This document shows positions 1 to 11,366 of a stretch of DNA of 64,000 nucleotides, in pieces. Location of the stretch: positions 20,896,001 to 20,960,000 of the forward strand of contig NW_024704743.1 of NCBI RefSeq assembly GCF_018977255.1. Reading direction: 5' to 3'. The DNA comes from Callorhinchus milii. Taxonomy: Eukaryota. The notes beneath the pieces are model-generated. The model was not told the DNA's origin, did no database searches, and saw only the letters and a list, made by a program, of their open reading frames with translations. The position numbers and the translations under genes are program-made. Within the stretch, counting starts at the first letter, position 1. The number at the start of each line of letters is the position of its first letter.

Positions 1-1495
1 TTTAATATCCACCTGAACAGGAAAACGGGATCTTGTTTTAATGCCTCATCCATAGTACGGGTTTCCTACAATGCAGCACCCCCCCAACACTGTGCTGGAG
101 TTTCTCAGGGCTCTGTCCCTGGTCCTCTCCTCTTCAATATTTACATGCTCCCTCTTGGTGAATCATCTGCTGATGTGGGGTCAACCTCCATACGTATGCG
201 GATGACACCCAACTCTATCTTTCTGCCTCCACTCTCAGTCTCCAGGACCGCTGCTGTCCTGACGGAATGTCAGACATCAAGTCCTGGATGAGAGCTAACT
301 TTCTCCAGTTGAATATGAACAAGAACGAGGCTCTCCTGATTGGCTCCCGTCAGCGCCTCCGCATCTCAGGCACTGGCAGAATCATCCACGGATTCAGACT
401 CCACCTCACTGAGCCAGTCCAGAACCTTGGCATCTTGTTTGACCCTCAACTGTCCTTTCTATCCAACATCCGTGCCATGACCCGCTCTGCCTTCATCCAC
501 CTGTGCAACATTGCCCGGCTCCACCACTGCCTCTCCCCTCAGGGAAACGCTCATATGTTTCGCCCATAAAGTACACACCGTCAATCCACTTTACAGTATA
601 TTCTGTGAAGCACTTTGAGACGCATCGAAGACGTGATAAGGCGCTACATCAAATGTAAGGATTTTTATTATTATTGCCCGCATTCATTTCATCCAGGCTC
701 GACTATGCCAACTCCCTGCTTGTCGGCCTTCCCAACTCTTCCCTCCCACAAGTTGCAGATCATCCAGAACTCTGCAGCTCGTGTCCTCTCCCGCACCAGG
801 GTCCATAACCCCATCTTCTCCATTCTCGCCCGACTCCGCCACTGGCTCCCCATCCCCCAGAGGATAGAATTCAAAATCCTCGTCCTTGCCTTCAAGACCC
901 TCTACGGCCCTGCCCCTTGCTACCTCTATGACCTGCCAACCCCATACTAACCCGTCCACTACCTCTGGTCCGCAGGCTCTGGACTGCTCCGTGTCCCCCG
1001 CCCGGCCCGGCCCGGCCCGCCACACCATCGGCGGTCTGGCCTTCAGCCCCTCCGCGCCCCACCCCCCCAACCCCGCTCCATCCTTCGGAACTCCATCTCA
1101 CGAGTCCCTTGGCCTCGCCCCTCCTTTTGCCTCCTTCAAAACACGTCTCGCGTCCCTGCTCTTCGGCCGCGCGTTCGGCCACCCCACCCCACCACCCCCC
1201 CACCCACCCTCACCCCCACCCACCCCCCACCCACCCCCTGCCCTCCCTCCCAAACCCAAACCCCTGTTCCCCTGTCCAAGTCCGCGACTGTCCAGCGCCT
1301 TGGGACGCCCTCCCGACGCGAAAGGTCGCTTCGCAAGTGCAGTCTGTTGTCGTCGTCATTGGGCGTGTCAGCTTACACCTTAAGTGCGCTCAAAGTCCCG
1401 ACGTGGGGGTGGGGTGGGGGGTGGGTTTGAAGCCACAACCCCTTCTGACTCAGGGAGGCGAGAGCGCCGACTCGCAGCCCCCACGGCCGACACGA
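1..1495 (-). mobile_element. Old Deu-domain SINE split by a nested L2 insertion (SINE parts ~1-100 and ~1358-1495)
   Basis: 1-100 resembles the Deu-domain copies at ~6150-6265 and ~63370-63480 (CCACCTGAACAG...TTTAATG..TCATC...CAATGCAGCAC). The continuation (GTGTCAGC...CTCAAAGTC...CCTTCTGACTCAG) resumes after the L2 tail at ~1358. Confidence 0.6.
103..1357 (+). mobile_element. L2-clade LINE, 3' fragment (RT C-terminus plus 3' tail), decayed, with a SINE tail nested at ~555-675
   Basis: Encodes YADDTQLY (~196-220), DIKSWMRANFLQLN, NLGILFDPQLSF, LQIIQNSAARVL and HWLPIPQRIEFKIL, with frameshifts. Ends in a hairpin plus (TTG/TCG)n tail like other L2 copies in the window. Confidence 0.9.
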
Positions 1496-1687
1496 CACCC
1501 GCAGCGGAGATAAACAGAAGACGCCACAAACTTTTTTGAGTCCGTGGCGGAAACTTCTGCTCCGAGAGCCGCACCGTGGCCGCCGGGGGCGCGTCGCAGC
1601 CGCTCAGCCTTCGGCTCGAGAGGGCCGACAGCCAGAAAGTAACCCGCCCCCTCTCCCCGGTGCGGCAGATAGAAATCTTTTGATACG

Positions 1688-1789
1688 TTACACGGGAAAA
1701 CAGCCCTCCCCGAACGAGTAGGCGAGGAGCTCGAGCAGGTCCTCGTCGTTGCTGTAGATGGTCTTCATGGGATCGCTCGCCGCCTCCAT
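1688..1789 (-). CDS. Candidate first coding exon or short ORF (MEAASDPMKTIYSNDEDLLELLAYSFGEGCFPV*) of a gene divergent from OTUD1
   Basis: Strong Kozak context (AGAATGG), GC3-rich codons, starts ~77 bp downstream of the X-box. No canonical splice donor is visible. The C10orf67-like identity is inferred from synteny only. Confidence 0.4.
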   Translation of the reverse strand: MEAASDPMKTIYSNDEDLLELLAYSFGEGCFPV

Positions 1790-2094
1790 TCTTCGGGGCC
1801 GCTCTCTCTCTCTCTCCTCTCTCTCTCACTCACTCACTCACTCCGGCGCCTCTCCAGCCTCCGCCGTCACCATAGCAACCAGACCGCACCACAGCGCACA
1901 CACCACCACCCTCCCTCCCTCCCTCCCGAACCCGTCTGCGCCTGCGTCAAAATGGTAGCACGCATGCGCAACCCTCCCCCACCCCACCACCACCATCTCC
2001 CCCCCACCCACGGTGCAGTGCGCAGACTCAGTTCTGGGATGAAAGCCCGGGTGGGGGGGGGGGTTGCAGGTTACCTGAGCCACGGGCTCAAACG

Positions 2095-2220
2095 GTAATA
2101 ATAATAATAATAATAATCCTCGCATTTGATATAGCGCTTTTCACGTCGGGAGGACGTCCCAAAGCGCTTCACAGAACACACTGTAAAGTGAATTGACTGT
2201 ATATTTGTGGGCGAAGGCAA
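2095..2220 (-). mobile_element. Young tRNA-SINE 3' fragment with (TTA)n tail
   Basis: Near-identical to copies at 9268-9425, 30153-30468 and 48085-48290. Confidence 0.85.
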
Positions 2221-2258
2221 TAGCGATAATAGCGATCGTACGCAAATAGATGACGTGA

Positions 2259-2445
2259 TAATAATCCTTTGCATTTGATGTCGCCGCCTTGTCGCGTCCA
2301 AGCGCTTCGCAGAATGTACCGCAAAGTGCGGGGACTTGTGCGTTTGGTGGGCGAAAAGGCGGCAGCCAATCGCGCACGGCCGCAGTGACCCACATCCGTG
2401 CCATGGCCCCCCGCTCCCAGGTCGTGGATTGAGTGACCAATTTAT
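2259..2445 (-). mobile_element. Older SINE 3' half, heavily GC-shifted
   Basis: Collinear with the SINE tail (ATAATCCTT.GCATTTGAT...AGCGCTTC.CAGAAT...GGCAGCCAAT.GCGCAC...GGATTGAGTGACCAATT), with many A/T->G/C changes. Confidence 0.8.
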
Positions 2446-3540
2446 GACTGTTCCTCGCTGCAGCACCGGGAGGGCGGGTTTCCTGCAAATCGTTCAGTTT
2501 CGTGCCTTCCTGCGCTTTTTTTTTAAAAAGAAATTTCTGTTGCCCCACAAAATCAACTGATGTAGCTTCCCACCCACACACCCCCCTCCATCCCTCCCTC
2601 CCTCCCCACACACACACACACACGGTAGGTAACCTATTCCTGTCCTGTCCCCTTCACCCTATACATACATACAAGCAGAGTTTTCAAAATTGTTACAAGT
2701 TATATTGTAAGATGTTGTATGTGTCAGTGCTAAGAAACTGAATTACTTGCTGTAATTACGTTGCAAAAATTGTGAGATATTCCCTGCTAAAGCACCTTAT
2801 AAAATTATACTGTCCTTATTCTTGATGAGAATCAGGGATTAAAAATTCAGCCAATGTGACGCACTGACTTTTTTTTTAGATCAAAGGATCTGGTGTCACT
2901 TTGTAATCATCCCCGAGGTATGAAAAGCTTCATCATCAACCTTTCCAGCACTTTTATTGCTAGAAACAATTCACATCATATAATAATCCTTGCATTTGAT
3001 ATAGCGCCTTATCACAACTTCGAGATGTCTCAAAGCGCTTCACAGAATGTATTGTAAAATGAATTGACTGTATATTTGGTGGGTGAAAAATATGTTTTTC
3101 ATAGACAGCTTCTGCAATTTTGCAATATTCCTTTTATCAGGATTATGCAGTAATTTACCCAACTAGTAGTTTTCAAAAAGCGTTACCCTCCATTGATACT
3201 CAATAAGAAATAATATTGAACTGACATAACTAACTTCAAGACAATGCTTTAACCACATTTCCGGCTGTACTAAATTCTAGTGTATGAACAAAACAATTGA
3301 GAATAAAACATATACACTTAGCTACATTAGCAAAAGTGAAACAATGTGACTGCCTTAATGTTTGTGAAGTTGGATTACATTCAAAGAGCTGATGATAAAT
3401 GCACAAAGTGTGTGCTGCAGAAAAAAATGGGCAATGTGGGATTATTTCTCCGTGTTCTGAAAATATTTTACCTTTCATTTTACATGTTAGATCCCACTAG
3501 GCAGAACTCAGCGATCCATCTGCCTCCACACCCAAATCAA

Positions 3541-3950
3541 TTCTGTAGCTCAGTGATTAGAGCACTCAGTGGTCAGAGCCTGTAGCTCAGTGTTTAGAGC
3601 ACTTGCTTCACTTAGCGAGAGACCTGGGTTCTGTTCCCGGCAGGGCGAAATGTTGGGCAAGTTTCCTTACTCCACTCCACACACCTCTGTTTACCTAGCA
3701 GTAAGTAGGAACCCGGTTGTTAGTTGATTGGTGGATCGCTTTTCCGGGGATAATAATCCCTCAAAAAAATATATTTTTTGTCACTCAATCTATGACTGGT
3801 TGTGGGACACTGCTGTGCGCAACTGGCTGCTGTGTTTCTCCCACAAAATATACAGTCAATTCACTTTACAGGATATTCTGTGAAGCGCTTTGGGATGTCT
3901 AGAAGACGTGATAAGGTGTTCTATGAAATGTAAGGATTATTATTATTATT
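3541..3950 (+). mobile_element. Full-length tRNA-derived SINE (long form) with reiterated 5' A-box
   Basis: TGTAGCTCAGTG.TTAGAGC head (repeated), B-box-like GGTTCTGTTCCC, CORE-like TTGGGCAAGTTTCCTTACTCC, 3' tail ending GGATTATTATTATT. Confidence 0.85.
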
Positions 3951-5949
3951 AAGTATTTTACATTACAGTGAGAAATATTTATATGTATAGTCCACTGCTC
4001 TGCCCTTATAATGCAAGATTATTATATAACTCTAAACTTGCAAGAAGCAAAATGGCATCTCGTAACTTGAAACTAAATAAATATCCTCATTATTTGAAAA
4101 CTTCATGCTGTAAGAACCATTAATGAGCCAAACAATAAATCTAGAACAATACATTTTGTTGTAAATTAAAATAATTTTTTCAAGAAATTTCTTCAACATA
4201 TTTGATGTGTCTTGATAGTTGATGACATGGAAGCTATAAGCACTAACTTATGACCTTGATAAGTTACGATGTTAATATATATCTATCAACTTATTCAACA
4301 AATGTCTGTATTTATTGATGGAAAGTTTCCACCTGTACATGCATGACTTAATCCTCTAATAAGACTCAATTCAATTTATGTCAGGATAAAACTGTAAAAC
4401 ACTCATTTAAGAGTACTGTCCAGGCATTGAAATGCACAAACCTGTGTAGTTAATAAATGTTCCTTCATTGAATACCAGCTGTCTACTCAGCCAATATTCT
4501 TTACCCAGTGTCATGTAACTCCAGATAAGCCCCAAGCCACTTCAAAGCATGGGCCTCATGTAAATTAAGGGAGCTACTTTGGATCATACTGGGAGGGATT
4601 GTCCTATAACTAATTTCATTAGAGCGGCTCAAGTTACAAGTAGAGATCCAGTCTCCTCAAAGCTGAAAACAACCTGCAAAAATCAAGGTACATACATTGT
4701 AGTGCATATAGTTTTTTTTATATAGAAGAGAGAGATGTAACTTGCACAGAAAACTTGCCATTTTTTCTGATTCAATTAGGAATCTCAAAAGTAGATTACA
4801 TTTCAGGTGCAAAACACATCACAGAGATTTAATCCCACCAAAATCACATTAATTTGGCTGAAGTCTAGGTTAGCAAAGGTTTTCAAATCACTCCTGTTGA
4901 ACGAAATGTTATCCCCATAATGCCAGATGTCTGGTAAATTGGAACATGTTTTCCCTTCTAGGCAATTTCCCAGAATAAAACTAAATTGGATAGCACTATG
5001 CATAAATTATACCTGAAGCAGCATACCAATGTTAGTTTGTCTCAAATACACAAGCATTACTTCCTGTGTACATTAATTTACAGCTGCACTTCATCTGTAC
5101 ATCAGTATTTGACAGATGTCATCGCCAGATCTCCAGTAGTCTGTCTTCATTTCCAGGATTCATAATTGCATACCGTCTTCCTTGCCTCTACAATGGAGCT
5201 TCTGTCTTCTTCCAACTCTGTGCATCCATCAGTGAAACTTTACAATTTCTGAAGACAATTACAAGGTACCAAAGGCCTCATAATTTAGTGGAAATGTCAG
5301 AAAATGCAAATCAGTAGAAATTCTCTCCACCTGCATCTTATCCATGCCAATAAATTAGCATTAAAATTACCACAGGCAGAAAATCATCTCCTTAGATGTT
5401 GTGTCCTGAATATTTGATTGTCAAATTAAATTAGAACTTCTAACATGCTATGCCCAATAAGACTTGTTCCCTCCTGACGTGAAAGGCACTATACAAATGT
5501 AATTTGTTGTTGTTGTTCTCGTCCAGTTTCTGTGCCAGGCAGGTCCACAGTACTCCAGGGGACCTCTCACTGTGGTTTGGATACTCTTAAGCATGTTGTT
5601 GGGTTTCCGCATGTGCAAATCACACAGCTGACCAAAACGAATTCTGTGATAGTTGCAAGGATTTCCTGACCAGTAGATGTGAATCTGGAATTAGAACATA
5701 AGAATTTAAACAATTTAAACAACTGGGCAGTTAATCGCAAATATCTTTTAAATCCAATGTCTAATTATTCCTTCCTGTAAATCCACTACTCTCTCTCATG
5801 ACCTCAACATATACCCTTAACAAATGCTGTTTAGATGCTGGCAGTAGTATTTTGTAACGAGGTACAGGCTATGTCAAATGTAGTATATATGACATTTTAA
5901 CAGCTGTTAAAGAGGTGGAACATCACCATATAGACAAATCAACCGTTGC

Positions 5950-6265
5950 AATTCATATCACATCATCAAAACATATCAAAGCACTGCACAGAATATTTTC
6001 TAGAGATTGTGTATTTTGTAGGCTTATGCGACAGTCAATTTGCACACTGCAATCTCCCACAAACAACTATGAAGTGAATGATCAATTTTATCTGGAAGAT
6101 TGTTGGCTAGGATACCAAGAGAAACTCCCTTCTCTTTTCATAAAGTGTCATAGGATCTTTAATCACTACCTGAACAGACAGATGGGACCTCAGTTTAATG
6201 TCTCATCTGAAGGACGGCACCTCTGACAATACAGCACTCCCCTAGCATTTCACTGGTGTGTCAGC
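5950..6265 (-). mobile_element. Old Deu-domain SINE
   Basis: ACCTGAACAGACAGATGGGACCTCAGTTTAATGTCTCATCTGAAGGACGGCACCTCTGACAATACAGCACTCCC is the reverse complement of the Deu core seen in AmnSINE/SacSINE-type elements. Confidence 0.75.
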
Positions 6266-8529
6266 CATCAATTCAGATTAAAACATTAAGAATAGAGTTC
6301 ATTTAAAATACATAAAATTATTTTCAGTGGTAGTGTGAGCTTGAATGTCGCAAACATAAATTTTAATATGATCCAGTGAGGAATTTGGATATCCTGAGGA
6401 AACAATACTCCTGCCAAAAGTTGATGTGTTAAACAGGTATCCTGTAGTTTGGTGCTGATCGAAATGTGCAATAGTACCTGTTTCCTCTATGTTGTACTAC
6501 ATATAAAACAGGACATGAGTGTCTCTATTGATCCATTTTTCCATTTCAGAACCCTCATCAATGATTCAGGAGTATATGAGCTGATTAGGCAGGAAGGCCA
6601 TTAACACATATTATTGCAACAATATGTACTCCAAAGACCAAGGTAATGTTCAATCAGGAATACAAACTATTGCTATGAGAATTTCTGTAAAGGTCCATCA
6701 GAAGTGGCCGAAAATTATTAGTACCTGCAAAGTATCATAATTAAATAAATCCTAAAAAGAGCTTGTTTCTTGACTGAGTTGGTGTAATGTTTGGAGATCA
6801 CCCACTTAAGAGTCAACCATTATCTGTGAACTAATGGTTGACTATTTCATCTTAGTTTAATGGTCCCAACTGGATAATATTATAGTGCTCCGATTGCAGC
6901 TGAGTATATAAAGGGAGTTCCTGGCATAAGCTATATGTACCATTATAGGTTCAAATCAAAGTCTATAACTGAGTTCGCTGATCTCAGCCAGGCTGTAATT
7001 TGAGGAGAAAATCAGGCAGTGTTCTTGGCTGCTATCCAAAGCCCCTTACTGGAAGGTGCATGTCAGAGCTCTGAAATTTCTCATGGTCATAGGCTTATGA
7101 CCTTTAACTTAAAATTTATGATTATGCACAATTATGAAAAATTATTAAATACAATCTAAATTTAGAAAATAGATTCTTGTAGTTCTCAGTCATCATGACT
7201 GGTCTTACAAAGGTCAGTATATCCTTCTTAGTTTCAATGGCACTACTATAGCGCTTTATACAAATGTAACAACATTTAATGGCTGTTTGTGGGACATTGT
7301 TTTACAATAAATCATTTAAGCACTTCAAGATGTACTCTTGACATGAAAGGTGCTATATCAAACGTAAGGATTATTACTATTTTTAGCTTTTATTTACCTC
7401 TATTTCAAGAACTCTCATTTTAATCCAGACTGTTCTAATACAACTAAAATAATAACACTTGTTTGTGATAGAGCCTTTTCATATCAAACCATCCCAAAGT
7501 ACTTTGCATAATTAGTTACAATACTTGGAAATAAAACAACATAACAGCTAATCTGCACCAGCCATGCCTTACCGAAAACGATGCGATGATTGTGCATTGA
7601 CTTGTATTGTGAATAAAGTGGAATATTGGCTACTAGCAAAATTCACTGTCCTTCAAAATAAGTAAGCAAGAGGTACCACATCCTGCATGTACCCGGATGT
7701 ATCTCCTGCTGAACCACTGGACATTGACTCAATTTCATTTCAGACTCCTATGAAATTGGATTCTGGCCAAAGGAAGCTGTTGGCATGCAACAGATAATCA
7801 GTGAAAATCAATATTTTTTAATCCTTTTAAGTATTCTGCAAATTAGATCACATCATCAAACTTTGAAATTGTTCCCCCATGAGTATTTTTGAATCATTAA
7901 TATAAATGGAAAACAATGAAGGTACCAGAATACATCTCTGAAGCATGCAACAAATTATATTTAGCTGACTAAAAGCACAACAATTACAAGCATGAATGTG
8001 CAGCCTCAGGGAGAAGTGTGGATTCAGGCTTGCAATCCCAGTGGGGAGAGCTCCTGATCTCAGCCACATTATTCTGGGGAAGGTAATGAGAAGTCTGCCA
8101 TTTCCCTTCAAGAAGTGAAGAAACAAATGGGAGTGAGTGCCATCACATGTATCTTACCCAATTGGCTTCAGAGTTATACTGGCACAACAATTGGGTCAAA
8201 AAGGGAAAGAAAAGCCCATATATTAATAAAGAAAAAGATAGGGCTCTGACACACAACATAATTCAGGAATTAGAGGAGGACATTGAAGTGTATAAAATAC
8301 ATAATAATCTGAAAGGTGCAATACTTTGAATCACAGTTACTGTTTATTATAAATACTATCTTTAGAAAGAAGAAATGTATAGAACAAATAATACTGTGGA
8401 TAGCAATCACAATCCCTAGTATTTTTTTAAAAAAGTGCCGTGATAATTTTATGTACAGTAATTATGATTTTTTAAATCAAGGCTAAATCAAATTCCATAT
8501 CAGGACTTAAATAATACTGAATTCCTCTC

Positions 8530-9060
8530 TTCATAGACTGCAGATCATCCAAAACTCTGCAGTCCATAACCTCTCCTGTACTAGGCTTCATGACCCTATC
8601 ACCCCCATCCTCGCCCGACTCCACTGGCTTTCCATCACAGAGGATACAGTTCAAGATCCTGCTCCTCATCTTCAAAGCCCTCTACGTACGGCCTTGCTCC
8701 CCCTACCTCTGCGATCTCCTAACGCCCTACCAACCTTACTCCGCGCAGTGGGCTCCGGCCTGCTTCATGTCCCCCGTCTCGCCCGCCCCACCATTGGCTG
8801 GCGGGCTTTCAGCCACTCTGCCCCCACCCTCTGGAACTCCATCCCGCAGTCCCTCCACCCTTGCCCCGTCCCTTGCCTCCTTCAAGAACCATCTCAAGAC
8901 CCTCCTCTTTGATCGTACTTTCGATCTCCCTGCTCCCCCCCCCCCGGACCTCCACCCTCCCTGACCTCCAGCTCGGGTCTGAAACTCTGTCTGCCCAGCG
9001 CCTTGAGACGTCCTTCCGACGTGAAAGGGCCTATACAAATGTAATTTTGTTGTTGTTGTA
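8530..9060 (+). mobile_element. L2 LINE 3' end
   Basis: QRIQFKILLLIFKALY and SFKNHLKTLLF motifs; tail AGCGCCTTGAGACGTCC...GTGAAAGG..CTATACAAATGTAATTTTGTTGTTG. Confidence 0.85.
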
Positions 9061-9267
9061 GTACTGTGTAAATTATCAATTATAGAATAACTTGTGTTAA
9101 CTGAAATTATATAAATCATAATAGGAAAGTAATATAAAACATGTATCAAGGAGTTCAGATGATGGTTATAGACCACCTCATTGTTTCTCCCATGGTCTGT
9201 GATGGGAAGAGTGGAATTCTCAAAGGGTTGAGCATTGCCTTCCTGTGAGAGAATGCCAGCAGCTATC

Positions 9268-9780
9268 AAATAATAATAATAATAATCCTTGCATTTGATA
9301 TAGCGCTTTTCACGTCGGGAGGACGTCCCAAAGCGCTTCACAGAATAGACTGTAAAGTGAATTGACTGTATATTTGTGGGCGAACGCGGCAGCCAATTGC
9401 GCACAGCAATGTCCCACAAACAGTTAGAGCACAAGCAACCCAGATCTCAAACCAACCTTGTTCCCTTTCTGCCTTAAGCGGAGTCCGGTAGCGCAGTGGT
9501 TAAGGTGCTCGCCTCACAAATGAGAGGACCCAGGTTTGATTCCCGGGCAGGGCAAAACCTTAGGCAAGTCTCCTTACTCTACACGCCTCTGTTTACCTAG
9601 CAGTTTACTTACTTCAAAAAGTCACTCAATCCGCGACTGTTTGTGGGACACTGCTGTGAGCAATTGTCTGCTGCGTTTCGGCCACCAAATACATTGTCAA
9701 TTCACTTTACAATACCGTATCTCCTGTGAATTGCTTTGAGATGTCTCAACGATGTAAAAAGGCACTGAGGATTATTATTA
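9268..9780. mobile_element. Two SINEs in inverted orientation (3' fragment 9268-9425 minus; near full copy ~9478-9780 plus)
   Basis: Both match the SINE family; the plus copy has a tRNA-like head GGTAGCGCAGTGGTTAAGG...GGTTTGATTCCC. Confidence 0.8.
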
Positions 9781-10295
9781 TGAAATGCCATATGATCCGT
9801 TTGATGAGAACAATCGCTCCCACTATTCGTTTACTGCAAATAACAAATACCGACTGTAGGATTTCCCAGTATTCCAGTGCAAGTTATCTCTCCATAAACT
9901 TGCTGTAAAATCAGTCATCCTTCAGTCTGATCATTATCATGCATCAGAATAGTACTTACTCACATTTAACAATCACTTGCGGAGCCCAAATTAAATTAAT
10001 AGTACACATTGTTAAGAATAGCAGATTTCCTGCGGCGGTTTCAAATGAACATTTTAATAGGTCACAAGTTTTACTTTTGCTGCTTCTTGTGTCATTCAAA
10101 CGCACCCTTTCTTAGTCCTTGACAGGTATCCTACAAGTTTCTGTTCGTGCACACGTTTTTATTGGCCTCATTAGCAGCGATAGTAGTAGAATGCAAAGGG
10201 AGGGTCGAAGAAAACCAGGAATGCACTGTCAGACCCAATCGCTTTTGCTGTCAGCGATTACAGTAAGAAATTTATTCAGCAGGAATATCGCTCGT

Positions 10296-11125
10296 GTGAG
10301 TGAGTGCCTGTGTGTGTGTGGGGGGTGTGTGTGTGTGTGGGTGTGTGTGTGTGGGGGGGGGGGGTGTGTGTGTGTGGGGTGGGTGTGTGTGTGGGGGGTG
10401 GATGTGTGTGTGGGGGGGGGGTGTGTGTGTGGGTGTGTGTGTGTGGGGGGGTGAGTGTGTGTGTGTGGGGGTGTGTGTGGGGGTGTGGGGGGGTGTGTGT
10501 GTGTGTGGGGTGTGTGTGTGTGTGTGGGGGTGTGTGTGGGGGGGGGTGAGTGTGTGTGTGGGGTGGGTGTGTGTGGGGGGGGTGGGTGTGTGTGTGGGGG
10601 TGTGTGTGTGGGGGGGGTGAGTGTGTGTGTGTGGGTGTGTGTGGGGGTGGGGGTGTGTGGGGGGTGAGTGTGTGTGTGGGGTGAGTGTGTGTGTGTGGGG
10701 GTGTGTGTGGGGGTGGGGGTGTGGGGGGGGTGAGTGTGTGTGTGGGGTGTGTGTGTGTGTGGGGGGGGTGAGTGTGTGTGGGGTGGGTGTGTGTGTGGGG
10801 GGTGTGTGGGGGGGGTGTGTGTGTGGGTGTGTGTGTGTGGGGGGGGTGAGTGTGTGTGTTGGGGGTGTGTGGGTGGGGTGTGGGGGGTGTGAGTGTGTGT
10901 GTGGGGTGTGTGTGTGTGTGGGGGGTGGGTGTGTGTGGGGGGGGTGGGTGTGTGTGTGTGGGGGGTGTGTGTGGGGTGGGGGTGTGGGGGGGGTGAGTGT
11001 GTGTGTGGGGTGAGTGTGTGTGTGGGGTGGGTGTGTGTGGGGGGGGTGGGTGTGTGTGTGGGGGGGGTGGGTGTGTGGGGTGAGTGTGTGTGTGTGTGAG
11101 TGCCTGTGTGTGTGTGGGGGGGGGA
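10296..11125. repeat. ~830-bp (GT)n / G-run low-complexity minisatellite
   Basis: Almost purely G and T, with recurring GGGGTGAGTGTGTGTG units. Confidence 0.95.
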
Positions 11126-11366
11126 TTGAAGGGGAGGAAAAAGGGATGGGAGGAGGAGGAGGAAGGGATGGGAGAGGAGAGGAGAGAGAAGAGGAGAGCA
11201 CCAAACAGTGTCAGGGGAAGGGGAGGGATCTGCTTTTATGCCCGAGACGGTTGACTCGTTGCAGTTTTTGTGCCGTTTTGCAATCCGCGCGTAATCGGCT
11301 CTCCTCTGGTGCCCCTCAGGGCCGCATCTCACATTCCAACGTACTGAGGTATCAGCAGCGCCTCTC

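Larger units (their letters stand above)
1400..2470. promoter_or_regulatory. CpG island / promoter with RFX X-box (1866-1879), NRF1-like (1937-1947, 1958-1970) and YY1-like (~1948-1955) motifs
   Basis: High GC and CpG density. GTCACCATAGCAAC matches the X-box consensus GTNRCC-N2-RGYAAC; GCACGCATGCGCA and TGCGCCTGCG resemble NRF1 sites; CAAAATGG is YY1-like. Confidence 0.7.
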
